Origin: Lentisphaerota bacterium
Lineage (GTDB): Bacteria; Verrucomicrobiota; Kiritimatiellia; RFP12; UBA1067
Length of the DNA stretch: 64,000 nt
NCBI GenBank assembly: GCA_015061665.1
Contig: SUWC01000004.1
Location: 17,275-81,274 of the forward strand
Direction of reading: 5' to 3'
Shown here piece after piece: positions 1 through 12,095 of the stretch. The position numbers and the translations under genes were made by a program. The number at the start of each line of letters is the position of its first letter. Position 1 is the first letter of the stretch. Below the pieces are notes generated by a model. It was not told the DNA's origin. It saw only the letters and a program-made list of their open reading frames with translations, and made no database searches.

Positions 1-809
1 ACTATGACCTTGTTGGACGCCTTCCTCTTCGCGCGGGTCTTGCCGCCCTTGGCGAGCTTGCCCCACGGGGAACGAGGATTGCTGCCGCCGGACGTGCGGC
101 CTTCGCCGCCGCCCATCGGGTGGTCGACAGGGTTCATCGCGACGCCGCGCACCGTCGGGCGGATGCCCATGTGGCGCTTGCGTCCGGCCTTGCCGAGCTT
201 GATGGAAGACCAGTCCTTGTTGCCGACAGAACCGACCGTCGCGAGGCAGCGGCCGCTGAAGATGCGGACTTCGCCGGAAGGCATCTTGAGCGTGACCTTG
301 TCGCCGTCGCGGGCCATGATCTGGCAGGCGTTGCCGGCCGAGCGGGCGACCTTGGCGCCTTCGCCGGGGACGAGCTCGATCGCGTGGACCATGAGCCCGA
401 GCGGAATCTGGGCGAGAGGCAGGCAGTTGCCGACAGTGGCCTCGGCGTTGAGACCGCTCTTGACCTTCATTCCCGGCTTGAGCCCCTCGGGCGCAAGAAT
501 GTAGCTCTTGACGCCGTCAGTGTACTCGATGAGGGCGAGGTAGGCGCTGCGGGTAGGATCGTACGCGATGTCCTTGACCGTCGCCTCGACGTCGAACTTC
601 GTGCGCTTGAAGTCGACGATGCGCAGACGCTGCTTCGCTCCGCCGCCGTGGTGGCGCGTCGTGATGCGGCCCTGGTTGTTGCGGCCGGCCTTCTTGCGCA
701 GTGCCTTCGTCAGGCTCTTGACCGGGCGCTTTTCGGTTATCTCCTCGAACGTGGCGGACTGGCGGAACCGCTGGCCGCACGAACGGGCGTTGTATGTCTT
801 GAGTGCCAT
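1..809 (-). CDS. rplB: 50S ribosomal protein L2 (uL2), C-terminal end cut by window edge
   Basis: Absent from the ORF track because the frame is open to position 1. My minus-strand translation from ATG (complement of 807-809, AAGGAG upstream) reads MALKTYNARSCGQRFRQS...TTRHHGGGAKQRLRIVDFKR...GRKRHMGIRPTVRGVAMNPVDHPMGGGEGR, the conserved uL2 core. It follows rplW as in S10 operons. Confidence 0.95.
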   Translation of the reverse strand, partial: MALKTYNARSCGQRFRQSATFEEITEKRPVKSLTKALRKKAGRNNQGRITTRHHGGGAKQRLRIVDFKRTKFDVEATVKDIAYDPTRSAYLALIEYTDGVKSYILAPEGLKPGMKVKSGLNAEATVGNCLPLAQIPLGLMVHAIELVPGEGAKVARSAGNACQIMARDGDKVTLKMPSGEVRIFSGRCLATVGSVGNKDWSSIKLGKAGRKRHMGIRPTVRGVAMNPVDHPMGGGEGRTSGGSNPRSPWGKLAKGGKTRAKRKASNKVI

Positions 810-822
810 TGCTTAAGTCTCC

Positions 823-1101
823 TTAGACCTGCTCGATGCGCTCGCCGTCCTTGAGGGTGACGATCGCCTTCTTCCAGGTGGACTCCGCAACGGCGCGGCG
901 CGTGCCGCGGATATAGCGAAGACCGCCCTTGACGTTTATGGTGCGGACCGCGAGGACATGCACGCCGAACTTCTTCTCGACGGCCTCAGCGATCTGCGGC
1001 TTGCGGGCGTCAGGCGCGACTTCAAGAGCATAGCGGTTCTGAAGCGCAAGGCCGGTACCCTTCTCTGTAACGAGAACCTTCTTGATGATTTCCTTCGTCA
1101 T
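823..1101 (-). CDS. rplW: 50S ribosomal protein L23 (uL23)
   Basis: 92-aa ORF (KKVLVTEKG...YALEVAPDARKPQIAEAVEKKFGVHVLAVRTINVKG) located between rplD and rplB. Confidence 0.95.
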   Translation of the reverse strand: MTKEIIKKVLVTEKGTGLALQNRYALEVAPDARKPQIAEAVEKKFGVHVLAVRTINVKGGLRYIRGTRRAVAESTWKKAIVTLKDGERIEQV

Positions 1102-1112
1102 TGCGTTTCCCC

Positions 1113-1706
1113 TTACTTGGCGATTCGCGCAACGAGCGCATCATATCCGGCCTGGTCGCAGACGAGCTTGCGGTTCGCGAGAACCGTGTAGACGTCAAGC
1201 GCCTGGGCCGTGCAGTAGTCGATGCGCGGCAGGTTGCTGGTGGCGAGAACGACGGTGTCGTCGACCTCCTTCTGGACGATGACGGCCGTGCGGTCGATGC
1301 CGAGCGACTTCAGAAGCGCCGCCATGAGCTTGGTCTTGGGCGCCTCGAACTCGAACTTGTCGACGACGATCACGTCGCCCGAGACGAGCTTGTCGGAGAC
1401 GGCGCGCGCGAACGCGAGCTTCATCACCTTCTTGTTGACCTTCTGCGAGTAGTCGCGCGGCTTGGGACCATGCGCAACACCGCCGCCGCGCCAGACCGGG
1501 GACTGGCGGAAGCCGGCGCGCGCATTGCCCGTGCCCTTCTGCTTCCACGGCTTCTTGTTCGAGCCGGCGACCTCGCCCTTGGACTTCGTGCACGCAGTGC
1601 CCGCGCGCATCGCGTTGCGGATCGCGGTGACCGCGTCCTTGACGGCCTGCTCGCCCTTGTCGAGCGTCAGCACGGACTGGTCGACTGTAATGTCAATCTT
1701 CCTCAT
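1113..1706 (-). CDS. rplD: 50S ribosomal protein L4 (uL4)
   Basis: 197-aa ORF with the uL4 core GSNKKPWKQKGTGNARAGFRQSPVWRGGGVAHGPKPRDY. S10-operon position. Confidence 0.95.
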   Translation of the reverse strand: MRKIDITVDQSVLTLDKGEQAVKDAVTAIRNAMRAGTACTKSKGEVAGSNKKPWKQKGTGNARAGFRQSPVWRGGGVAHGPKPRDYSQKVNKKVMKLAFARAVSDKLVSGDVIVVDKFEFEAPKTKLMAALLKSLGIDRTAVIVQKEVDDTVVLATSNLPRIDYCTAQALDVYTVLANRKLVCDQAGYDALVARIAK

Positions 1707-1708
1707 GA

Positions 1709-2377
1709 TTACTTAGCCCCCTTCTGCGCCTTGAAGGCGATCACGTTGTTCTTCAGGGACTTGCGGACGAACACCGTCCCGTTGCGAGCTCCGGGAATCG
1801 AACCCTTGACGAGCAGCGCGTTGTCCTCAGGACGAACCTGGACGACCTCGAGGTTCATCGCCTTGCGGCTGACATCGCCCATGTGGCCGGGCATCTTCTT
1901 GCCCTTCTCGATCCAGCCGGGGAGGTCGCGCGCCGCAAGACCGCCCGTGCGGCGCTTGGAGTGGCCGCCGTGCGTCATGTTGCCGCCCGCGAAGTTGTAG
2001 CGCTTGAGAACGCCCGCGAAACCGCGGCCCTTCGTCGTGCCGGTCACGTCGACGTACTTGACGCCCTCGAAGTTCTTGACCGTGATGACGTCGCCGACCT
2101 TGACTTCCTCGCCGGCCTCGGGAGCGAACTCCTTGAGGATGCGAAGACCGCCTTCAAGCCCGCCCGTCTTCTTGAGATGACCCGCAACCGCCTTCGTAAG
2201 GCGCTTGACCTTCTGCTCGCCGAAGCCAAGCTGGGCCGCGACGTAGCCGTCGTTCTCGAGTGTCTTGACCTGGACAACGGGGCACGGACCAACCTCGATG
2301 ACGGTGACCGTCGTGCGCTTGCCGTCCGCGTCGTAGACCTGGGTCATTCCGACCTTCTTGCCTATCAATCCTTCCAT
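1709..2377 (-). CDS. rplC: 50S ribosomal protein L3 (uL3)
   Basis: The ORF-track start at 2470 would overlap rpsJ. The internal ATG at 2377, preceded by GAGGAGG, gives [16 protein letters not shown], the canonical uL3 N-terminus. Also carries the [19 protein letters not shown] block. Confidence 0.93.
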   Translation of the reverse strand: MEGLIGKKVGMTQVYDADGKRTTVTVIEVGPCPVVQVKTLENDGYVAAQLGFGEQKVKRLTKAVAGHLKKTGGLEGGLRILKEFAPEAGEEVKVGDVITVKNFEGVKYVDVTGTTKGRGFAGVLKRYNFAGGNMTHGGHSKRRTGGLAARDLPGWIEKGKKMPGHMGDVSRKAMNLEVVQVRPEDNALLVKGSIPGARNGTVFVRKSLKNNVIAFKAQKGAK

Positions 2378-2387
2378 GTCAACCTCC

Positions 2388-2696
2388 TCAGACCCTGATG
2401 GTGATGTCGACGCCCGCAGGAAGATTGAGCTTCTTGAGCTCGTCGATCGTCTGCGCGGTCGGGTTGACAATGTCGAGAAGGCGCTTGTGCGTCCTCATCT
2501 CGAACTGATCCATGGACTTCTTGTCGACGTTCGGCGAACGGTTCACCGTGAAACGCTCGACACGCGTGGGGAGCGGAATCGGCCCCACCACCTGCGCACC
2601 CGTCCCCCTGGCAGTGTCTATGATCCCGCCGACTGCCTGGTCGAGCACGCGGTGATCATACGCCTGAAGGCGAATGCGGACTTTCTGCTGCTGCAT
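2388..2696 (-). CDS. rpsJ: 30S ribosomal protein S10 (uS10)
   Basis: 102-aa ORF: [17 protein letters not shown]...[39 protein letters not shown]. Confidence 0.97.
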   Translation of the reverse strand: MQQQKVRIRLQAYDHRVLDQAVGGIIDTARGTGAQVVGPIPLPTRVERFTVNRSPNVDKKSMDQFEMRTHKRLLDIVNPTAQTIDELKKLNLPAGVDITIRV

Positions 2697-2856
2697 CTTT
2701 TGTTCCTTAACTTTTTAGTTTCGCCCTCGCGGGCCCTTTCATTCCTGCGCCTCCACGGTCGCGAAATGCCCGCTCACCTTGTTCAAGGAGTTGGCGGACC
2801 CGGATCCATGCTGCGGCATCCGACGCTCGCGACTGAGTTTCAGCCCAGTCCACCCT

Positions 2857-2894
2857 GCAAAAACAAGGCTCGCGGCTACACCGTAACCGCGAGC
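2857..2894 (-). terminator. Hairpin + U-tract inside the rpsJ upstream region (attenuator candidate, or terminator of the upstream SNF2 gene)
   Basis: On the minus strand an 8-bp GC stem GCTCGCGG/CCGCGAGC (2868-2894, 11-nt loop) is followed directly by CTTGTTTTTG (2867-2857). Confidence 0.4.
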
Positions 2895-2969
2895 TTTACC
2901 CGACGGTCACGACGCGACGGGGTGTTTCTCGCCCGTATCGCAACCCTCCTTTTGCAAAGAGTAAAAGGT

Positions 2970-2998
2970 AGTATATCAAAAATCGGAGTAGCGCGCAA
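2970..2998 (-). promoter_or_regulatory. Sigma70-like promoter candidate TTGCGC-17 nt-TATACT upstream of the S10 operon
   Basis: On the minus strand: TTGCGC (2998-2993), 17-nt spacer, TATACT (2975-2970). It lies in the 341-nt non-coding gap before rpsJ. Confidence 0.35.
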
Positions 2999-3037
2999 TG
3001 GGGTAAATTCGCTTTTTTACAACCGGGGGGCAGTGCC

Positions 3038-5431
3038 TCAGTCGAGGCGCACGCTGCGCTCGAACTCGTCGCGCGGGAGGGACGCGAGGAACGACTCGCC
3101 GCTCTCGACGAGGTTCAGCGCGGCGGCGGACTTGCGCTCCAGAATCGCGTCGACTCGCTCCTCCAGCGTACCGCCCGATATGAACTTGTGGACGAACACC
3201 GTGCCCGTCTGGCCGATGCGGTGCGCACGGTCCGTCGCCTGGGCCTCGACGGCGGGATTCCACCAGCGGTCGAAGTGTATGACGTGCGTCGCCTTGACGA
3301 GGTTGAGCCCGTAGCCGCCCGTCTTGAGCGACAGGACGAACACCCTGCACCCGCTCTGCCTGAAGCGAGCTATCTCCTCCTCGCGCCTCGCCGCCGAAAG
3401 CCCGCCGTGCATGAACGAGACGCGCGAGCCGTACTTCGCGGACAGCTCGTCGGACAGCATCGCGCCGACCTTCGCGTACTGCGTGAACACGAGCGCGCTC
3501 TCGCCCGCGGCAAATATCTCGTCCATAAGGCCCGAAAGTCGGGCGAGCTTCGAACCGCGCGCAAAGTCGTCTACGCCGTCGCAGACGAGCTTGAGCCGCG
3601 TGATAAGCGCAAACACGTCGCCCTGCCTCTTCTCGCCGGCACGGTAGTCCGCTAGCGCCGCCTCGTACGCCGCGCGCTCGGTCTTCGTCAGGTCGCAGTA
3701 TTCTCGTATCTCGCGCTTCTCGCCCAGCTCGGCCGCTATCGCGGGATCGCTCTTCAGCCGCCTGAGTATGAACGGCTCTAGCGCATGGCGCAGCCTCCTG
3801 CCCGTAGGCGAAAGGGGGTCGGACGAAAGCGGCTTGACGAACCTGTCGGCGAACGCCTTGCGGTCAGGAAGGAACCCGGGGTTGAGGAACTCCTCCAGGC
3901 TCCAGAGGTCCGCGACCGAATTCTCCACGGGCGTGCCCGTAAGCGCAACGCGCCTCCTCACGCCAAGTGCGCACACCGCCGACGCAGCGCGGGTGTCGGG
4001 GTTCTTTATCGCCTGCGCCTCGTCAAGTACGATCGCCCCCCATTCCGTCTCCGCGAACTCCCGGTGGTCCTTCACGAGAAGCGTGTAGCTCGTCAGCACG
4101 ACGTCCGACTCCGCCGCAGCACGCCTGAATCCGCTCGCAAGGTGGCGCATGTCGCCCTGATGGACGTATACCCTGAGCGACGGGGCGAACGCGGCGATTT
4201 CGTGCCGCCAGTTGCCCAGAAGCGTGAGTGGCGCGACGACGAGCGTGCGCACCCTGTTCGCCACGGCCCACGCAATCGCCTGCACCGTCTTGCCAAGCCC
4301 CATGTCGTCCGCAAGCAGCGCACCGAATCCGTTGTCGGTCAGCATCTTCATCCACGCGAAGCCACGCTTCTGGTAGTCGCGCAGCTCGCCGCTGAAGCCG
4401 TCGATCCTCGCCGCGCCGGAGAGGTCCGGCAGTCGCCCCGACTCCGCAAGCCGCCCCAGCAGGCCCCGTAGCCATCCGTGCGCCTTCGCCTCCTCGATCT
4501 CCAGCCGCCCGAACGCCCCGATCCCTCGCATGAACGCAATCGCCGCCGTACGCGAAATGCGCCCGCCCGCGCCCTTCTCCAGCGCGCTGAGCGCCTCGCG
4601 GAGAAGCGCACGGTCGACCTCGATCCAGCGGTCTCGGAAATACACCAGGGACGACCCCTGCTCGAGCATGAACCTGATCTCCTCTGCGGTTGCGGTCTCG
4701 CCGTCGATCCTGACGGACACCCTTGCCCTTAGGTCCGCATCCTCCCCGCCGTCTTCCTGCCGCCGGCCTCCTTCATCAGTCTGGAGATCGAACACCTCCG
4801 CCTCGGCGGTTATCTTCGCCTCGAGGTCGCATCCCTCGACGCAATAGCCTGCGTTTTCAAGGTCGCGCGCGCCTGTCCGCAGAAAAGCCTCCGCCTCGCC
4901 TCTTGAAAGCGCGACGCGAAGCGTAGCCGAGCCGTCGCCTTCCTCGCCGCGCTGCGCCGAAAGCGCGCGCAGCGGACCGTACACATACGCGGCCTGCCCG
5001 AGTGCGCGCAAGGCGCGCCTTCCCCTCGGGGCGTCGCACTCTATTCCAAAGCCATCCTCGCCCACCACGGCGAAGCGGAACACGATCGACCTTCTTGCCT
5101 CGACGTCTAGCGTCGCCGCTCCGCTCCACTCCTCGAGCTCGGCCGCGAACTTCTCGCATTCGGCGTCGGACCAGACCACCAGCCCCGTCTCGCTCCTGAG
5201 CGCCATCATCCACGCGTCGTGCAGGGTTTCGTGGCGCTGTTTCTCGGCGTCGCGCGTCAAAGGCGTCGCAGACGCGGTGCGGACGATTTCGTCCAGCCAG
5301 ATGTTTTCCGTCCCGTCGTCGGGGCGCCACCGCGCGTGCCATCCGTCGTCCTCCCGAACTAGGCATGGCACGAAGCGTCCGGCGGCGACGAGCCGCAGCG
5401 CCTCAAGTTGCTGCGGACTCCGCTTCGGCAT
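3038..5431 (-). CDS. SNF2-family helicase/ATPase (RapA/HepA-like)
   Basis: Motifs LADDMGLGKT, DEAQAIKN and LTGTPVENS, plus the HELICc block FVLSLKTGGYGLNLVKATHVIHFDRWWNPAVEAQATDRAHRIGQ. I moved the start from the TTG at 5467 to the ATG at 5431, which has AGGAGGG 5 nt upstream. Confidence 0.9.
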   Translation of the reverse strand: MPKRSPQQLEALRLVAAGRFVPCLVREDDGWHARWRPDDGTENIWLDEIVRTASATPLTRDAEKQRHETLHDAWMMALRSETGLVVWSDAECEKFAAELEEWSGAATLDVEARRSIVFRFAVVGEDGFGIECDAPRGRRALRALGQAAYVYGPLRALSAQRGEEGDGSATLRVALSRGEAEAFLRTGARDLENAGYCVEGCDLEAKITAEAEVFDLQTDEGGRRQEDGGEDADLRARVSVRIDGETATAEEIRFMLEQGSSLVYFRDRWIEVDRALLREALSALEKGAGGRISRTAAIAFMRGIGAFGRLEIEEAKAHGWLRGLLGRLAESGRLPDLSGAARIDGFSGELRDYQKRGFAWMKMLTDNGFGALLADDMGLGKTVQAIAWAVANRVRTLVVAPLTLLGNWRHEIAAFAPSLRVYVHQGDMRHLASGFRRAAAESDVVLTSYTLLVKDHREFAETEWGAIVLDEAQAIKNPDTRAASAVCALGVRRRVALTGTPVENSVADLWSLEEFLNPGFLPDRKAFADRFVKPLSSDPLSPTGRRLRHALEPFILRRLKSDPAIAAELGEKREIREYCDLTKTERAAYEAALADYRAGEKRQGDVFALITRLKLVCDGVDDFARGSKLARLSGLMDEIFAAGESALVFTQYAKVGAMLSDELSAKYGSRVSFMHGGLSAARREEEIARFRQSGCRVFVLSLKTGGYGLNLVKATHVIHFDRWWNPAVEAQATDRAHRIGQTGTVFVHKFISGGTLEERVDAILERKSAAALNLVESGESFLASLPRDEFERSVRLD

Positions 5432-5972
5432 TCTGTCCCTCCTGCTCGTCCTGGGCGATTTCGCCAAGCGTCTTTGTGCCGGAGAGGAGAGCCACGACCT
5501 GCTGCTGCACGCCGCCGATGTTCTCCAGCCTCAGGCGCGGGTCCAGTATGACGAACGTGTCGCCGTTCTTGCGGTCTTCGTAGACGCGCCTGATCGTTCC
5601 GTCCTCAAGTTCCTTTGAATCCCTCTCGACGAGTATCTTCGCGCGCTCGAGCATGACGGTGAGCACGTATATGACGTTCTTCATCGCGGGGTCGTCCAGA
5701 GTCATGAGCTTGCGCAGGAGCTCGCCCGCGTCCTCCTTCTTGAGCGGCTCCTTCTTCTCTTCCCTGACGGGCGCGAAGTAAACCCCGTCCCACTGCGAGA
5801 ACGGCGTCCAGTCCCTCTCGGCCGCCTTCCAGCACTCGGGATGGCAGTCGAAGCGCTCGTATCCGCTCGGCGTCTCCTTTAGCGCGCTGACGACCGGCGC
5901 ACGGTCCACTAGCGGCTTCTGGCAGAAGCTGCACACGTGCGCGCGGGACTTGATGTTCCATTCCTGTGACAT
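5403..5972 (-). CDS. Hypothetical protein with N-terminal Cys/His zinc-ribbon-like motif
   Basis: 189-aa ORF with a GAGGG SD. N-terminal C-x2-C ... C-x3-C-like pattern (HVCSFCQKP...FDCHPECW). Its 3' end overlaps the SNF2 start by 29 nt. No family recognised. Confidence 0.6.
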   Translation of the reverse strand: MSQEWNIKSRAHVCSFCQKPLVDRAPVVSALKETPSGYERFDCHPECWKAAERDWTPFSQWDGVYFAPVREEKKEPLKKEDAGELLRKLMTLDDPAMKNVIYVLTVMLERAKILVERDSKELEDGTIRRVYEDRKNGDTFVILDPRLRLENIGGVQQQVVALLSGTKTLGEIAQDEQEGQNAEAESAAT

Positions 5973-5994
5973 TGATTTACCCTCTGCGTTCAGC

Positions 5995-6998
5995 TCAGCG
6001 TTTCTTTGTCTTTATCTCGATCGGCACGAAAGTTTCCGGATCGGAGGCGCGCTTCACTATCTTTTCGGAATATTCCTCGGAGTACCACCTGTCCGTCGCC
6101 GTGCGGTCGCGGCGTCCGTTGTAGCGCTGCAGCGCCCTCGGCCAGCCGTCGAAGAAGCCCTTGGGACGCTCCGCCGCGGGGCGCGCGCTGGCGCCGAACC
6201 CCTTGCGCGACAGGTACTTTATCGCGGCGCGGATGTTGTTCTCGACGCTGCCCTCGTTGCGTTTCGACGGCTTGGTCAGTCCGACAAGCTCCTTCTCACG
6301 CCCCCAGTCGCCCGGCACGTTCACCTGAAGCGGGTCGACGAGCCACGCGGCCTTGGAGGAGGGTCCGTTCCCTCCGGATTCCTCGATCATGTGCGCCTTT
6401 ACAAGGGCGGCGGTGACGTTTGCGACTCCCTTCGCCTGCTCCGGCGTGCCTCCGCACCACTCGGCCTTGTTCGCGTTGAAGTCCGCCACCATCTTCGCTA
6501 TCAGCGCGTCGTGCTGCTGGTAGCGCGCGTCCTCGAACCCGCGGAACACCGGAAGCCCCTTCCCGCCGGCCCTGGCGCGCGGCGGCGGGGGCTTTATGCC
6601 GGAGGCCTGCTGGAATGGCTGGATCAAGTGCTTGCGGACGAACAGCTCGATCTTGCGGACCGTCTGCATCTCCTCCTTCGTGATGAAGCGCCTGTCGATG
6701 TATATCTCACCCCATTCGTCGAAAAGGAGGTTGCCCGCAAGGCCTGTGTTGACGGAGTAGCGAAGGGCAGCCTTGGACGCCGGCTCCTCGGCTATGCCGC
6801 GCTTCGCGAGCTCGGCATCGTGCTCGGCCATGCGGCGGTTGACATTAGCGAAGATCTGAAGCCCCTCCACGATCAGCGGCACCGCCTCCGCAGCGGCAAC
6901 CGGGTCGAAGCGGAGGTTCGCGTAGTCCACGGACTGCTCCGCCGCCGATGCGAAAAGCGCAGCGGCGGAGCAGATCGAGGCGAGAATGCCGCGCAGCG

Positions 6999-7002
<4 letters not shown>
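5995..7002 (-). CDS. Secreted protein, possible SLT/lysozyme-like domain
   Basis: 335-aa ORF with a signal-like N-terminus ([24 protein letters not shown]). The block [10 protein letters not shown]...DPLQVN...AAIKYL...LQRYNG loosely resembles the E-S / GLMQ / AYNAG blocks of lytic transglycosylases (by eye only). ATGA overlap with the gyrA stop. Confidence 0.55.
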
Positions 7003-9617
<2,615 letters not shown>

Positions 9618-9625
9618 AGTATTAT

Positions 9626-9634
9626 ATTATACCA
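9626..9634 (-). promoter_or_regulatory. Extended -10 box TGGTATAAT, 8 nt upstream of the gyrA ATG (leaderless-type)
   Basis: Forward attatacca at 9626-9634. Only ATAATACT separates it from ATG 9617. No SD. Confidence 0.5.
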
Positions 9635-9662
9635 TTTTTCAGCGCACTATGCCTGCTGGCGG

Positions 9663-10250
9663 CTATCGCGCTGAAGCGGAAGCGTCGGGGCGGAGTTCGG
9701 GCATGGTGTCGGAGGCGGAGGAATTGACGCCGGAGCGGCGCAGGACGCCAAACACCGTCATGAACAGTATCTTCGCGTCGAGCCACAGCGAACGGTGGTC
9801 CACGTACCACACGTCAAGCGCGAACTTCTCCTCCCACGAGATGGCGTTGCGCCCGTTCACCTGCGCCCAGCCCGTGATCCCCGGCCGCACCTCGTGGCGC
9901 CGTGCCTCGTCCCCGATGTAGCGCGGCAGATACGCCGCGGGAAGCGGGCGCGGACCGACCAGCGACATCGCGCCGGTCAGGACGTGGAAAAGCTGCGGCA
10001 GCTCGTCCAGCGACGTCGCGCGCAGAAACGCGCCAAGCCTCGTCGTGCGCTCGCGGTCCGTCCCCGCGCCCGGCCGCATCGTCCGCAGCTTCGCCATGCG
10101 GAAGACCCGTCCGCCAAGCCCCGCGCGCTCCTGGAAGAACATGGCGGGGCGTCCGTCGAAAACCGCCACCGCCGCCGCGCAGACCACAAGGAGCGGAAGC
10201 CACAGCGGCATGAACAAGAGAACAAGCAAAATGTCTGCGAGGCGCTTCAT
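9663..10250 (-). CDS. Undecaprenyl-phosphate sugar phosphotransferase (bacterial sugar transferase family, WbaP/PglC-like)
   Basis: The start was moved to ATG 10250 (MKRLADILLVLLFMPLWLPLL...) because the longer ORF overlaps mutL. Motifs RPAMFFQERAGLGGRVFRMAKLRTM, DELPQLFHVL and RPGITGWAQVNGRN. Confidence 0.85.
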   Translation of the reverse strand: MKRLADILLVLLFMPLWLPLLVVCAAAVAVFDGRPAMFFQERAGLGGRVFRMAKLRTMRPGAGTDRERTTRLGAFLRATSLDELPQLFHVLTGAMSLVGPRPLPAAYLPRYIGDEARRHEVRPGITGWAQVNGRNAISWEEKFALDVWYVDHRSLWLDAKILFMTVFGVLRRSGVNSSASDTMPELRPDASASAR

Positions 10251-10252
10251 CT

Positions 10253-12088
10253 CTACTCCTGCGCAAAGCGGCGACGCAGCTCCCGCGTCGAACGGAAAAG
10301 CATGATCGGCTTGCCGCGCGGCGTGACGTAGGGGGAACGGCATGCGGAGAGCTCCTCGACGAGCTTGACGCCAAGTTTTTCGTCGAGCTTCGCGATGCGC
10401 CCCGCACAGCTCTTCGCGACGGACTTCGCGACGAGGTCGCTGCGCCACGTCTCCCCCGTGCGCCTGCCAGGGTTCTCGGCAAGGTCGCGCGCAATCGCGG
10501 AAAGCGCGTCCGAAACGGACACGTCCTGCAGCTCCAGCGGCACCGCGTCGACCTTGAAAACGTCGCGCCCGAACTCCTCAATGGCGAACCCCGTCGACGC
10601 CACGGCGTCCAGCGACGCCTTGATGCGCGCCGCCTCGGCAGGCGGAAGCTTCACCGTCTCGGGAATGAGCAGCGTCTGGGAAATTGGCGCGCCGCGCGAA
10701 TCCTGGAGGCGCTCGTAGACTATCCTCTCGCGAGCGGCAACAGGGTTGACGGTGACGATTCCGGCGTCCGTCTCGACAAGCAGATAGCCCGAATCCGTAT
10801 AGGCGAGATAGCGGAAGTACTTCCACGGCTTCGCCGTCGCAGAGCCTGGGTCGACCGCGAACTCGACCTGCACAGGCGCCGGCGCTGGCGATGGAACGGA
10901 TGGAGCCGGGGCTGCTGGCGTCGCCAGCTCGCGTCCAGTCGAAAAAGGCACAAGCGAAGGAACATGCGAGGGCGACGATGTCGGTGCAGGCGACTGGGCT
11001 TGCGCAGACGTTGGCGCCGATGCAGGCACCGGTGCTGGCGCAGGCGCCGGCGTTGGCGCCGTTGCTGGCACATGGGCCTGCGAAGGCGCAGCCGGGCGTA
11101 TCGCCGCCTCGACTGCGGCGGAAAGCGCGTTCTTCACGGCGCTGTTGTCGCGGAAACGGACTTCGCGCTTCGTGGGATGGACATTGACGTCGACTGCGGA
11201 AGGATCGGTGTCGATGAAGATGATCGCGGCGGGACGCACGTCGCCCTGCTGGCGCGGGTAGGACGTCTTGAGCGCATACGCGACGGATGGCGCGGTTGCG
11301 GGGCGGCCGTTGATGAAGACGTACTGCTCGCGGCGCGATGGCGCGGCGGGGTTGGGGCGCTCGATGTAGCCGCGCACCCTCACGCCGTCGACGTCCGTCT
11401 CGGGGAGGACGGACATCATGCCGAGATAGTCGTCGCCGAACATCTCGCGTATGCGCTCGGCAAGCGTAGCGGAAGGCGCGAGGCGGTAGAGCTCGCGTCC
11501 GTCTACCGCAAGCGAAAATCCGATCTGCGGATACGCGAGCGCGTGGACGGTGAAAATCGACTTGACGTGCATTTCCTCCGTCGCGTAGGCGCGCAGGAAC
11601 TTGCGCCTGGCGGGGACGTTGCAGAAGAGGTCCCGCACCTCGACGAGAGTCCCCGGCGGGCACCCTGCCGCGCGCACTTCCGCCAGAGTCCCCGCGTTTA
11701 CCTGCACGAAAGTCCCCTCGTCCGCCTCCGCGCGGCGCGTCGTGATCGTGAAGCGCGAGACGGACGCGATGGACGGTATTGCCTCTCCCCTGAAGCCGAG
11801 CGTGTCGATGCGCTCTATGTCGTCGACGTCGAGTATCTTGGAAGTGGCCTGGCGCTCTAGCGAAAGGACGGCGTCGTCGCGCGTCATCCCGCATCCATCG
11901 TCCTGAACGGATACGAGGCGGCGCCCTCCTTGGGTAATCGTGATGCGGATGTTGCGCGCGCCCGCGTCGATCGAGTTCTCGACGAGTTCCTTGACGACGG
12001 ATGCGGGGCGCTCCACGACCTCTCCCGCCGCGATCTTGTTCGCGACGTGGATCGGAAGAACCCTGACATGTCCGTCTCTCGCGCCCAT
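10253..12088 (-). CDS. mutL: DNA mismatch repair protein MutL
   Basis: 611-aa ORF with VANKIAAGEVVERPASVVKELVENSIDAG and DVNVHPTKREVRF, a Pro/Ala-rich linker, and a C-terminal dimerisation region. Confidence 0.95.
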   Translation of the reverse strand: MGARDGHVRVLPIHVANKIAAGEVVERPASVVKELVENSIDAGARNIRITITQGGRRLVSVQDDGCGMTRDDAVLSLERQATSKILDVDDIERIDTLGFRGEAIPSIASVSRFTITTRRAEADEGTFVQVNAGTLAEVRAAGCPPGTLVEVRDLFCNVPARRKFLRAYATEEMHVKSIFTVHALAYPQIGFSLAVDGRELYRLAPSATLAERIREMFGDDYLGMMSVLPETDVDGVRVRGYIERPNPAAPSRREQYVFINGRPATAPSVAYALKTSYPRQQGDVRPAAIIFIDTDPSAVDVNVHPTKREVRFRDNSAVKNALSAAVEAAIRPAAPSQAHVPATAPTPAPAPAPVPASAPTSAQAQSPAPTSSPSHVPSLVPFSTGRELATPAAPAPSVPSPAPAPVQVEFAVDPGSATAKPWKYFRYLAYTDSGYLLVETDAGIVTVNPVAARERIVYERLQDSRGAPISQTLLIPETVKLPPAEAARIKASLDAVASTGFAIEEFGRDVFKVDAVPLELQDVSVSDALSAIARDLAENPGRRTGETWRSDLVAKSVAKSCAGRIAKLDEKLGVKLVEELSACRSPYVTPRGKPIMLFRSTRELRRRFAQE

Positions 12089-12095
12089 GCCCGAA

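Noticed and set aside
1709-2470. Longest-ORF N-terminal extensions given by the ORF track: rplC to 2470, sugar transferase to 10448, ftsA to 14689, ftsQ to 15321, prc to 27314, radical SAM to 46176, UbiA to 46963, SPT-like to 48015, tricorn-like from 55220, and 58628-59527.
   Set aside because: The extensions overlap the upstream gene or a promoter box. They are Arg/Pro-rich and of low complexity. Internal starts give canonical N-termini or signal peptides, usually with an SD or an ATGA-type coupling overlap.
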